From NCBI GenBank assembly GCA_965153285.1, contig OZ229119.1: a stretch of DNA of 64,000 nt; one strand, 5' to 3'. The translations under genes were made by a program, and so were the position numbers. The stretch is from Podarcis tiliguerta (taxonomy: Eukaryota). Positions 1 to 11,833 of the stretch are shown here, in pieces. Every line of letters starts with the position of its first letter. Within the stretch, counting starts at the first letter, position 1. Under the pieces are notes generated by a model, which worked only from the letters and a program-made list of their open reading frames with translations, did not search any database and had not been told where the DNA came from.

Positions 1-3000
1 CTTGTTTTGTAATAAGGGGATTTTCAATTTAAAAGCGAGAGAGGGCCTGTTGTGTGAAGTATGGTTATTACATTCATTGTATTCTATCTCACCCACCAGG
101 AGGCTAATAATGAAGGAGTCAGTAAAGGAGGCCAGTGCCATGGGGGTTATCTCACAGTCCCAGATGATGGCTAAGTTGAAGAAGGCAGAATCGCTTTTGG
201 ATGACATTCAGGTCTGAATGATGATTTAGAGAAGAAAAGGCTATTCTTCCCAAGGTAAACAGTCCATTTCATCTGTCGGCTGTATATATTGGTCTAAAAT
301 ATGTTTATATAGATATCTGTAAAATTTACTTTTATCGCTTTCAGGTTTTTTTCTTTCCGTGTGACAGTGAGCTTTCCGCAATGTATTTCTGAGACAAAAG
401 ATGCACTACGGACTCAGCCACACCTAAAGGGAAGCTTTGAAAGAATTGCCAGGTTCACTTTTAATAATGAGATAAAAAATTGCCCACATGGAGTCAGCAG
501 AAAATGAAACAGTGGCAGGCCTGCTGCAAATAATTCCAGCAAGGGCCAAGAGACTAGTTGAAAAATGACTTCATGAGGTGAATATCCTTAGTTCTTACTT
601 ACGGTTTTGTAACCATGCAATCATTTTCTCTTTTAGGAGCCATGAATGAAAGCGTATTTCAGCACAAGCGCATCTCCACGCTAAATGGCCCTCTGAACAT
701 TTGTCATTTGTGTTGAGTCCGCTGACAGACCAGCTATCCTTATTGCTGTTATTTATGACAACTAGTTTAATATATGTAAATAGGCACAAATAGCCGTCAA
801 AAGGCTCCCAGAGTGGGAGACGTAATAAATGTGTGTGTCTGAAGCATCTATGTGAATGTGTGTCCGTGTCTTTGTTTGTCTCCTTGCTTCCTTGTGGCAA
901 TTTTGTCATCCTTCGTAGCTTACATTTTTCAAAGGGAGATGCTTAGAGATGCACATTGTGGTTTAAATTCTTCCCAAAACAAGTTAAATATATGAACATA
1001 TTTAACTTGGGTTCTGTAACTAAACTTTAATTTCCAATACATGTATGCTTAAGACGACACAACTGGCATACATGGTGATATGTTAAGCATTACTCTCTGG
1101 GCCCCTCCAATGAATGAATAATCAGTTTTCAGTGCAAACTAAGCTTGAGAAATCAATCTATCATTGGGTCGTAGCCACTTTTGCTTTATTTTGCCCCATA
1201 AACAAACACATAATCAAAACAAGTTTTCTGAAATATCTAACCCCAAACCTTTTTGTCAGTGCTATTCATTTTTTTCTTTTATCAGACATGCAGCCTTCCC
1301 TTTTAAAAAATGGAAAAATTGGAGTCTGGGCTTCCTCCCTGCTGAACGTCCTGTAGCTCTTTGCTTCCTCCTTTTCATTTCAGGCTGTCAGCCAACAAGG
1401 GAGTGCAGCTGAGACAAACAATTTCCTTCTTCCACAAATAAAGGCTGCCATGCAATGCAAAAAGCACTGAAAGAAAACTTTCAACCCAAGGCTGTGTTTC
1501 TTAAGAAGACTCCCAAGAATGAAAGGATTGATCTGGCCCCAAGCCAATTTTGTTACGTGAATTTTGTTTGGCTAAGCAACAGCACAATAGTGGGGGGAGG
1601 AAAAAACCCGCTCTACTCCTCTCCTTCCTACCTTGCCAAAAAAAAAAGTTTCATGACTCTGTTTCCCACATATCGGAGCCATGTGATATCACCATGCCAA
1701 CCTAGCATTAATCTTCCCCAAAATGACTGTTTCAAAAGAAACAAGGCCGCAGCTTAACTTGCAATGCCCTGAAATTCAAAGCTGAATTAGGAACAGTGGG
1801 CATAATTAGGCCAAACTTTAACCATGTCCTGCTGAGTTCGATGAAAAAGTTAATTATGAGCTTCTGTTTCTCCTGTTTATATCAAAGGGTTTAGAAGTAC
1901 TTAACTTGGACTGGATTTGGCCCATTTTTCCTCTTATTTTCAAAAGAATGGTTGTCAAAAGAAGATAGGCAAGAAATTTTTTTAAAGCACAGGGACTCCT
2001 ATCATCTGTAGTCTCATAGAACTAGCCATGTGCAACAACCACTGGGCATAAGGCAGTTGCATATCATAAAAAAAGACACATCCATCCAATTGACTGGGTT
2101 ACAGATGAACATCACAATAAAGGTGCAGATGTATAGGCAGATGGGCATTGCAATCCTCATAGAGTGAGCACAATGAGGGTTATTTCCTGTTGGATTGAGT
2201 CAGCTATGAAAGGGAGAGATGATTAAGGCTGCTTGAGTTGTGTATGTCAACATACATGAAGCGGCATATAACATAATTGAACATGCTTGTTTTGTATTGA
2301 TATTAGTATTATAGTATATTTTTATCCCAATATGATATTGTATTTGTTGCCATTGCCCCCACAACCTGAGAGATAAAAAGGGAAACGAGTAGCTATTTAC
2401 ATTTTAATATATGTCATTTAAAACTCACCTAAAACACACTGGAAGGTTTGGGAGTGCATTAATCTGGACCCAATTAGCGCCTTTTTGTCCCTCAAAAGTG
2501 CAACCTGAGATTAATGAATATAAACAAGAGTTTCATATACAGTTTTTAAATCATTTGCATGTTTTATGCATGATAATTTAATTTATTTATGCACCTCCTT
2601 TCATTTATGGGTTTCACTTATGCTAAGCATAGGGTGTTAGACAAGAATAGGTTTGATAGGCAGCCAGAGAATAGTAATAGGTAAATAAAATAGAGGAGGC
2701 TTTCAGTGGTAATCATTAGCTGCAAATTAAAATTAATCCTAATATCAGGTGGGTTTTTTTTGTTAAGGTTCACGTAAGCTATTTTCTTTTATCATATTGA
2801 TTTTAGCCTTGTGTGGCGTATCAGATATTCTTTAGTTTATGAACAAATGTGGAAGCAAATTTATTTTCAAAAGGCTTTGAATTTGTGATAGGTTCTCTTA
2901 TTGACAATTCAATGACCCTAGAGACTTGTGTTTCAATTTGGCCAATTAGTGGGAATATGAAGACTAGTAATTTCATCTATGTAATACTGTACTGCATTAG

Positions 3001-6000
3001 TCCCAGGTCCTATGGATTCCTAGCTTGATTTGGAAATAACAGTACACGATCATTTCTTCACTGGCTGATAGAAATGTGACTGTGGGTAGGTGGTAGATTA
3101 AGTCTGGTTTGGGATATATTTAGATCCAGAGAAAGGTTTGCCTTTCAGTTTGTGGCCTTGAGTTTTGCAGCACTGGTACTGACATCACCATATTACCAGC
3201 TCCCTGTTAATCTGAGATGCTTTACTGTGCCTTTAGTGATGTTGTCTGTTCTCACCCCAACCCTGAAAGCAAATGGCAACACCAGGGAAATACATTGGGG
3301 AAGGCTGAAAGGATTCTTAAAAGTTTCCAAGGCAATGTTCATAGTTCCCTTGTCTTTTGTACGTGTTCAAAGATGTCTGTTCCAGTGCTCTTTTCTGTGG
3401 TGTCCTGTCTATTCAGTGGATTCAATGGCTGTGTGTTGTGACTGTCCCCCCAATCTGTTTAGCTAGCAACCTCTCCGAAGTCTAAATTGCTGTTAATTTG
3501 TGATGTAACCATTGTGGAGTGTGTGTTTTTTAATCATTGAAATGCAGTTTTAAAATGTTGAGCAATGTAGCATGAAATTCTCAGTTAGTTTGGAAATGGT
3601 TGTGAAATCATGTGAAGAAAATCAGTATTGCTTCTGATCAAGATAAATTCACTTTAGTGTTTTATGGCTTTTTATTCCTATGTGATAGTAATAAAGTCTC
3701 ATGTAGGGATGGAAGCCATGAAATACATTGTGAAAAATCATCAACTAAGATGAGCCATCAGAATAGAATTGTAGTAGCAGAGCTGCTAACGATTATTGGA
3801 AAATGATGGAGTATGTTGTGTTGTTGACTTCCACGCTTGCACTGTTTCTTCATTGCCTCACCCTTAGAGTTTGAAGGATAAGGGAGCTAGTTTCGCACAA
3901 GATAATTCATCTTTTGAGCCAGCATCCAAGTCTTATCTTTTAATACATTTTTTAATTTTTTGGTTATTAAATACAACACTGTGCATGAAACACTGAATTA
4001 TGTGAGCTATAAAATAAGCAAAACAAATTAAATTCTATTGCTTTATGAGGAGGTCCAGGTTTCTTTGCTCCCATACTCAGGAAATGATCCTCTAAACCAG
4101 AAGACAAGCTTTAGTCTTAATATTGTGCGCTGGAATGTTTTTTTTCTCAAAGCGTGTGCTGTTCCTTTTCCTTTCCTGACATGAATTCTGGGAAACTTGC
4201 AGGCTGATCCATTAGGGCAGATGGGGAACTGTCCAACCAACCTCAGTCTGCCCATAACCATCCCTCACCTGCCACTGGCTGTCAGCTTCCTCCCCTTTAA
4301 TCTCAGCGTTCCTCTTGTAGAACTCTGTCCATAATAGGCTCTGATTCCACCTACTGTTGACCTCCCTGCCTTCTGCTCTGTTAGACCCAGTGTGCATGAG
4401 TCACCACTGTGGACTAGTATAGTTGTGGGACAGGGGAGCAGTGCCATGGGAAGCAGATGACAACCACATTCCTGTGCTGGTATTGCTGGTATATATGGTG
4501 CTCCTTTACAAACATGATTGCAGTGATATGGTACCTCAGCCATGCCACCGGGGCTTCTACACTCCCAAGAGTCTGCCTGGATACACTCTATTTACTCAGC
4601 ATCATCAGCCTTGTGTATATCATTTTCTTTTTTTGTTGGTTATTCTGATCATGATGTATTTGGGGGACTATTAAGCAACGGTGTTACAGTGCTATCATTT
4701 ATTTTATTTTATTTTTGCATCTATTATTTCTCTGTCTTTCCTCCCCCAAAGTTAAATTTAATAAAACTCACTTTTATCGTTTTCTGTTCCTCTTAAAAAC
4801 AACAAATCTGACTTTCTCTTTTATCTCCACATCTCTTTCCCTAGTTGACTGTTCTGATGATGCAGCCCCAACAAGAGAAATAAGGGTTTTCCACTGCATG
4901 GCACACACAATTTAGGATGAAGTTAAATGACATGCTGAATGTATGATTACGATGGCATGTCATGGAGAGGTCCTAATCTGCATCAGAACTGGGGCATGGG
5001 AGAGAAACTGCCAAGGACATAAATAATAGCTCCCTTCTTTTTTGGGGGGGGGGGGGAAGCTAAGAATCAGGACAATGACATGGGAGGAAATAACACCACA
5101 GTCTCAACTCAGATAAGGGCTTCCTATAACTTCAGTCACATGTGTTGCCTAAGGTTTGTCCCTTAGATTAATTTTAAAGTATCACTTGTTTGAATAAAAC
5201 AATTCACAAGATTAAAAGTAAACTGAACCACAGTTTGAGGTTGATCACTGTATGAATGACACCTTGTTTTACACATTTATTGGGTGACATTTGATGATAG
5301 CAAAGTACTCTGGGGGGATCATGATTGCAATGGCCATAAAAATGTCTTAGGAGTATGATCATGAGTCCTTTAGAGTTGCAGGGTTGATTTGAGTCCTATG
5401 AAATGCAATGGCATGGTTGAGATTCTTCATATGTAAGATTCCCCATGCCTGAGGAGGCACTGGCTGTTTCTACTTAGAGACAGAAGCTCCTTCTGCAATC
5501 AGTTTTTCCACTCCCATCCCACAGTGGTGAATGTTAAACAATGACTATCTTTTCCATGTCTGCAACTGCAGAGGGGCCCAGAGCTGTGGAAAGTTTTGGA
5601 GGAATGAAGATACTTCCATAAGAGTGGATTAGAAGATTTCATCCCTTTCTACTTACCTTTGTGAAAGTCGAATGTGGAGATTCTCAAGCTGTTTCTTTCT
5701 TAATTTAGGGCTACTGGGTCTCAATCAAAAGCTGAGAAGAATTGTTCCTGTTCAGTGGATTGGGTTTTATTTGCAGATGAATGGATGATCTACCACAAAC
5801 TCAGTACCCAAGATGCAGTCAAGAGTCTCATCTACTCAAACATTTTGCTGCTCATCTGTGAAGTAGCCTATGTCCATAACAACTAAAACATAATGTTCCT
5901 TTGCAACTAGTACACCAACTAATTTGCACTTGGACTTTGTGGCAGAAAATCTACATGTAACAACACCTGTCCCTTAACTAGTACATGGCATTTTTGTGTG

Positions 6001-6101
6001 TGTTAAATAATGGGCATTAATACACTAGGTGGACTGACCAGTGTGCAGGTGGGGAAGGGCAGGTAAGGATGGGGAAATGTGAGAAATCACATACACTAAT
6101 G

Positions 6102-6111
6102 TATTATTCTG

Positions 6112-6143
<32 letters not shown>

Positions 6144-6240
6144 AATTTTCTATGCCACCTTTCATCCAAAGCTCACAGCATGGTTTACAACATAAAACCA
6201 CAAAAAAACATACCATAACAACACAATACGCCACACACCT
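6102..6240 (-). mobile_element. Old L2-type LINE 3' tail with (ATT)n microsatellite
   Basis: (ATT)n run at 6112-6142, followed by sequence resembling the reverse complement of squamate L2 3' ends (compare 12120-12203). Confidence 0.5.
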
Positions 6241-6379
6241 CCTCACATCCCATCGGTCACTAAAAGGGATCTATCAAGTTGGTGAGGTTGAATTCTGACT
6301 GTAATAGCTGTGCAACAGTGTTTTCTGCTTTGATACTTTATTGGGGAGATTAAGCTGAATGGTGGGAGATGCAGTGCAC

Positions 6380-6671
6380 AACTTCACAGTAGTACAACGT
6401 TACAGTGGAATTCATTTCCACATCATGGGAGTGATGGGCACAAACTTAAAGGGGGTTAATTCATGGACAATAAGCTTATCTATCTATGGCTAGTAGTCAT
6501 GATGGCTATAGACTATGTCCTGTATATGGCAGTATGCTGCTGAATACCAGTTTCTGGGGAGCACAAATGCTACTGTATTCATGTCTTTCTTGTGGGTCTC
6601 CCATAATCTAGTTCACTGTGGGAAAGTAGATGCTGGACTAGATAGGTCTTTGGTCTGATATTATGTTCTTA
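6380..6671 (+). mobile_element. Degraded CR1 LINE 3' fragment
   Basis: CR1-like 3' UTR (gatgctggactagataggtctttggtctgat) ending in a ttatgttctta tail; related to 24420-24710. Confidence 0.6.
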
Positions 6672-9057
6672 GGACTCAGCACATATTTGGATGAAATATT
6701 ATTGAAAGAGGTTCAACTTTCAACACTCTACTACAAGCGCAACCTAAAAGGTCCTGCAGATGTATAAAAACACCAAAACCAGAAATAGCATGGCAATGCA
6801 TACTAGTTGAATCAGTAGCACTGCTCCCCATATCATGACGTTAAAAATGTTTGTTTCACATAATATCAACTTGGCATCGTGGAGAATGAAAAACATTTAT
6901 GCCACTGAACTTGGTCCCACTCATACCTGAAAGTAACTTTTTTTGCAAATGTTATGGAGTACCTGCATTTTTTAAAAAAAAGTTTTGGAAAATGAATCCT
7001 GTATAATAATAAATCACTGGGTTTTTATTGACAAGCAGGATGATGTAACAAAACTTTGTGAAGTGCTGTAAATTTCTAGAAAAGCAATTTTACATATACC
7101 CCCAAAGCACAAAAAAATTCTCAGTATGACAGAAGCTGCTGAAAATTACCTTGCTTATCTCGTCTAATAAATTCTGCCTGTTCACTACATAATAGAGTTG
7201 TGTGTTTTTGTTTTTGTTGTTTAAACTGGTCACATCCATAAAACATCTGCTCATCACCAGTCAGAAAGTGAAGTTCAGGAATCCTAGCAAAGTCAGATTC
7301 TATTTTAAATATGATTGCTTAATTTTCTAGCAAAACATTTCTTACCCTTCTAAAAACCGGATGGTTCTTAATTATTTAAATGAATGAGTAAATATACAGA
7401 AATCCACTGTTGACCTTTTGTATCTTAAATAGGTCTACCTATTAATTAGTAAAAATGTCCTCAAAATGAATCTATTCTTCGTATGTTGAAACCAGGTAAT
7501 AGATTTTGAAAAACATCCGGCACGAACCCTTAAACAAAACTTTATCTGTGGTGGTGGTGGTTGAGGTTGAGGGGAGTCACAGGACTATAAAGTCATATCC
7601 TCAGATTTATGACTTTTGCACCAGGTACACTGAAATACTTAGCTGTTAACTTGACTCAAAGGGCCTTCTGCAAGGCTTTTGTGCTTGAACACTAAGTATG
7701 GATGGTCTTAGCCTAATTACATGCATTTCAGCTTCAATACTGTTCAATCATAGCTTCATTCCATCCTGTTTTAGTGGATGCTTTTTTTAGTGTGCACAAA
7801 AGTCCACATTTAATTGTATTTTGTGCACCATTGTTATATAAAATACGCACTTTTTAAAAACAAACAAACCACAAGGTACGCTTTTTGTTTAAAAATGACT
7901 CTTTAATCATTCTAGTATGAGACAGGGACAGAACTTGTGATTTCAGATGGTCAAAGCATAAACTTGGCAAATAACAGATCTATTCCATTGTAATTTTACT
8001 ATCAAGTTCTATAAGGTTGCATCTAGAGCACAGCTTCTTCCATGCCTGTTTAACAGTGGTAGTACTATAACAAATAGAAGAGCAATAGCCTAGGATTTTG
8101 CTAGAAAGATCACTCTTTTGAACTGTGCTCATTACACTGATCATTCTCTAGCCGAGACTGCTACATGAACGAGTGCTCTTGACACTTGGAAAACCCTTGG
8201 TCTGGGAACACCTTAAGAAGTGATGCTGCACACTACAATTACATTAGGAGCAGGCTACAGGTGGTGTGAGGAATACCACATGCTTCTCTACAGGTAGTCC
8301 AATTTCACTAGCATGTACAGCTATGCTTTTTTAACAGCACATATAAATGGTGACTGATGCTACAGGATCTTGAATCTTTTGTTCAGTGACTATGGTCCAC
8401 ATTTGCCATGCCTTTCCTGTTTTTCCCCTGTTGCATGGCTATTTGCTGAAAATTAGAGCAATAAATTCATGCAAATGAAATGCATAACTTAGAACAAAAC
8501 ACTTGCAAGTCTCATCAAGTTCAGTGTTGGAGGGTATGGATACTACCTAAACAGTGTCATTTGAGGGATAACACATTCCTCCGCCTGGTCTGAATTCCTG
8601 GTGTAACATTATAGCAGCATGCACTTTTCTACTCTATCCTATGCTCTGTCTGAAGTGAGGGCAACTCATTTCCCCTGCAGGGAAGTACAGAAGTTTCAAA
8701 TGAAAGAGGAGCTTGCATCATTCTCCGTTCAAATATTTCGCAGGAAGCACAAACAGAAACACTTCCCTTGCCCTTTCAACACACTGGCCTTAATCTGGAG
8801 AAAATTAATTGCCCTTAAATCTCACGGAAATCATTCAGACTGAAGTTAATGATGATTAACTATATCCCACTGATTTAAAATGAGCTTCGGCGTGCCCATT
8901 CCCCCCCCCCCCCGATGGAGATCTGTATGCAATATTCAAATGCACTAAATGCCCATCTAGTCCAGCATCCTGTGGCCAAGGAGGTGCTTATGGGAGGCTT
9001 TCAAGCAGGACCTGAGTGCTGTGCAACATCACTCTCCCCACTTAAGATTCCCAGTAA

Positions 9058-9408
9058 AAAGGTAAAGGGACCCCTGACCATTAGGTCCAGTCATGACTGA
9101 CTCTGGGGTTGCGGCGCTCATCTTGCTTTATTGGCCAAGGCAGCTGGCATACAGCTTCCGGGTCATGTGGCCAGCATGACTAAGCCGCTTCTGGAGAACC
9201 AGAGCAGCGCACAGAAACACCATTTACCTTCCCGCCAGAATGGTACCTATTTATCTACTTGCACTTTGACATGCTTTTGAACTGCTAGGTTGGCAGGAGC
9301 TGGGACCGAGCAACAGGAGCTCACCCTGTCGCGGGGATTCGAACTGCCAACCTTCTGATCGGCAAGTCCTAGGCTTTGTGGTTTAACCCACAGCGCTACC
9401 CGCATCCC
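9058..9408 (-). mobile_element. Sauria SINE, full length
   Basis: Minus strand starts gggatgcgggtagcgctgtgggttaaacc, has B-box gttcgaatcc and ends in an accttt tail; 14-bp TSD aagattcccagtaa at 9044-9057 and 9413-9426. Confidence 0.95.
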
Positions 9409-9669
9409 TTGAAAGATTCCCAGTAATTCCCAGCAATTAGTGGAGGTAGAACACCGTCATCATGGCTAGGATTCAGTCATAACCTTCTCCTCTTTCCATT
9501 TGTCTTACCTTCTTTGGAAGCCATCCAAGCTGATGGCCACCACAACTTTATTCTCTGTAGTGTTCTTTGCTCAGACTTCCCTTAAATTGTAGGTCTTGTT
9601 CCACTTTTTTCTTTCTGCAGCAACACAATTATAATAACCAAGTGACAGAAGTAGAGCGGAAGGGGGCTT

Positions 9670-9723
9670 GCATGCCATCAAGTCCACAGCATCCCCACAA
9701 TCCACTAAAACAGTTAATCCAGT

Positions 9724-9757
<34 letters not shown>

Positions 9758-9830
9758 CAATTTCTCTGGGAGCATTTATCCCTGACAAATCCACACCGGC
9801 TTCTACTCATCAATATGTTGCTAATGAATA
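9670..9830 (-). mobile_element. Old CR1 RT fragment interrupted by (AG)n
   Basis: Translation SRSRCGFVRDKCSQRNCIS...LVDCGDAVDL resembles the CR1 RT stretch SQHGF.KNKSCQTNLISF...LVD.GNAVD; (AG)n at about 9727-9755. Confidence 0.6.
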
Positions 9831-9917
9831 CTTTTAAAAGCCCACCAGGATGGGAGGCAGTGGTTTCAGTGGAGATCTTGGGGTCTTTACAAGGCCCCGG
9901 TGGTAAAGGTGGTTCTG

Positions 9918-11198
9918 TTAAATTGCGAACCACCTGAAAGAGTCTCCTGCTACTATTTTCTGCAGATGCAATAGAGGCGAAGTCTTCTTCGCCGTCGCTA
10001 TCGCCACTTGGTAGGCTCGACGTTGAGCTCTAACCTGTGTCCGGTCAGATTCGGAGTGAGTTTTCTGCCACCGACGCTCTAACCGTCTCAACGATTGTTT
10101 CATCGCCCTCAGCTCCGAAGAAAACCACGGGGCTGTTCGGGCTCCATGCAATCGGAGAGGGCGCTTCAGAGCCAGACAGTCGATAGCCCTGGTTAACTCC
10201 GCATTCCAGCGGGCCACCAGGGAATCAGCTGAAAGGCCATCAACATGGGCTAAAGCATCCCCTACCACTCTCTGGAAACCATTTGGATCCATTAAGTGCC
10301 GGGGGCGGACCATCCGAATTGGTCCCACCTCCCTGCAGAGGGGAAGGGTCGCGGAGAAGTCCAGTTGCACCAGGAAGTGATCTGACCATGGCACTTCTTT
10401 TGTTTCACTTTTACTTAGTGTCAGATCACCCACGTCACTAGAGGTGAACACCAGGTCTAAGGCATGTCCATGACTATGAGTTGGGCCAAACTTATTCAGG
10501 GACAGCCCCATGGAGGCCATGCTTTCCACGAAGTCCCGAGCAGCCCCTTGTAAGGTCGTGTCGGCATGGATGTTAAAATCCCCTAGGACAACCAAACTAG
10601 GTGTCTCCAGGAGAAAATCCGCCACGACCTGAAGCAGCTCGGACAGGGAATCCTTGGTGCAGCGGGGAGGTCGGTACACCAAAAGGAATCCTGTACTGCC
10701 CCTATTGCCCAACTTCCAGAACATGCACTCAGAGAGCTGGATCTTCCCAGTAGGACGCCTGGTGCAAGCTAGTGACTTCCTAAAAATCACTGCAACCCCC
10801 CCTCCCCGCCCACATGACCTGGGTTGCTGTGCGTAAGAGAAACCTGGTGGGCAAGCAGCGGCAAGGACAGGCCCATCTGCTTCCTCCAGCCAGGTCTCCG
10901 TCACACATGCCAGGTCAAATCCTCCATCCACAATCAAGTCGTGGATGGCAGTGGTTTTATTCATCATTGACCTGGCATTGCACAGCAACACTTTCAGGTC
11001 ATGTGGGTTTCCCCTGTTGATTCCAGTATCCATCCGGTCAAGGCCAGACCCGGAGGCAGGGATAGTCCTCAGACAACGACTAAACCTGCCTCCTCGGTAA
11101 TGACATGGTCTGGTCTTAGCGTAACTCCGCCTCCTGCCCATGATCACCGAGATCGGATGTCCCAGTGCTTTCCCCCCTGTGAAACTTGTCCCAGCCAT
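9918..11198 (-). CDS. L2 ORF2 N-terminal apurinic-like endonuclease (truncated, no RT)
   Basis: First ATG at 11198 in ATAATGG context. Catalytic motifs CNARS, VTETW, VYRPP, LGDFN, LDLVF and WSDH are all present. A small frameshift near 9980 ends homology in this frame; homology continues in another frame (ASIASAENSSRRLFQVVRNLTEPP). Confidence 0.85.
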   Translation of the reverse strand: MAGTSFTGGKALGHPISVIMGRRRSYAKTRPCHYRGGRFSRCLRTIPASGSGLDRMDTGINRGNPHDLKVLLCNARSMMNKTTAIHDLIVDGGFDLACVTETWLEEADGPVLAAACPPGFSYAQQPRSCGRGGGVAVIFRKSLACTRRPTGKIQLSECMFWKLGNRGSTGFLLVYRPPRCTKDSLSELLQVVADFLLETPSLVVLGDFNIHADTTLQGAARDFVESMASMGLSLNKFGPTHSHGHALDLVFTSSDVGDLTLSKSETKEVPWSDHFLVQLDFSATLPLCREVGPIRMVRPRHLMDPNGFQRVVGDALAHVDGLSADSLVARWNAELTRAIDCLALKRPLRLHGARTAPWFSSELRAMKQSLRRLERRWQKTHSESDRTQVRAQRRAYQVAIATAKKTSPLLHLQKIVAGDSFRWFAI

Positions 11199-11496
11199 TA
11201 TGTTGGCTGGGGAGCCACTCCCAGGCAGCCCTGATCCCACCCCTTAAAAACAAAACACAAACTATACAGAACCAATAAAACAACAACAAAAGGAATAGAA
11301 CAATTGTACTAAAATTAATCCCCAACCAACTATCCATCCCACCCACCCACCCCCAACAAAGGAAAAAAGAAAAAAAGGAATAAAAACCTAAATTGCCACC
11401 GACTGCTTGAGGACATTTTAAAGCACAATGACCACCTGGAACAGGGAAGCAATGGCAGAACACTTCCCACACTTCCCCAAAAGTTTGTTCCAGATA

Positions 11497-11833
11497 AGGG
11501 CCTGGGCCACGCCCCCTGGGCCAGTTGGAAAAGGCCCTGGAAGGGAGCAGGCCCTGCAGTCCTCACCCAGCCGATGGTCCGAGGCCTCACTGCAGCAGGA
11601 GTCCCTTTATAGCCGGGAGAGAGGGCCTGGGCCACGCCCCCTGGGCCAGTTGGAGAAGGCCCTGGAAGGGAGCAGGCCCTGCAGTCCTCACCCAGCCGAT
11701 GGTCCGAGGCTTTCCTGCAGCAGGAGTCCCTTTATAGCCGGGAGAGAGGGCCTGGGCCACGCCCCCTGGGCCAGTTGGAGAAGGCCCTGGAAGGGAGCAG
11801 GCCCTGCAGTCCTCACCCAGCCGATGGTCCGAG
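11497..11833 (-). promoter_or_regulatory. Tandem 125-bp monomer array (2.7 copies) at the L2 5' end, with GC-boxes and TATA boxes
   Basis: Near-identical units start at 11497, 11622 and 11747. Minus-strand GGGGCGTGG at 11515-11507, 11640-11632 and 11765-11757; TATAAA at 11611-11606 and 11736-11731. Confidence 0.8.

Noticed and set aside
5650-5750. Consensus minus-strand donor AAG|GTAAGT
   Set aside because: The longer candidate exons have stops and the short one has a purine-rich acceptor; isolated donors are expected by chance in 64 kb.
11497-11833. Tandem array as a CRISPR-like locus or satellite
   Set aside because: No unique spacers, eukaryotic context, and contiguous with the LINE 5' UTR.
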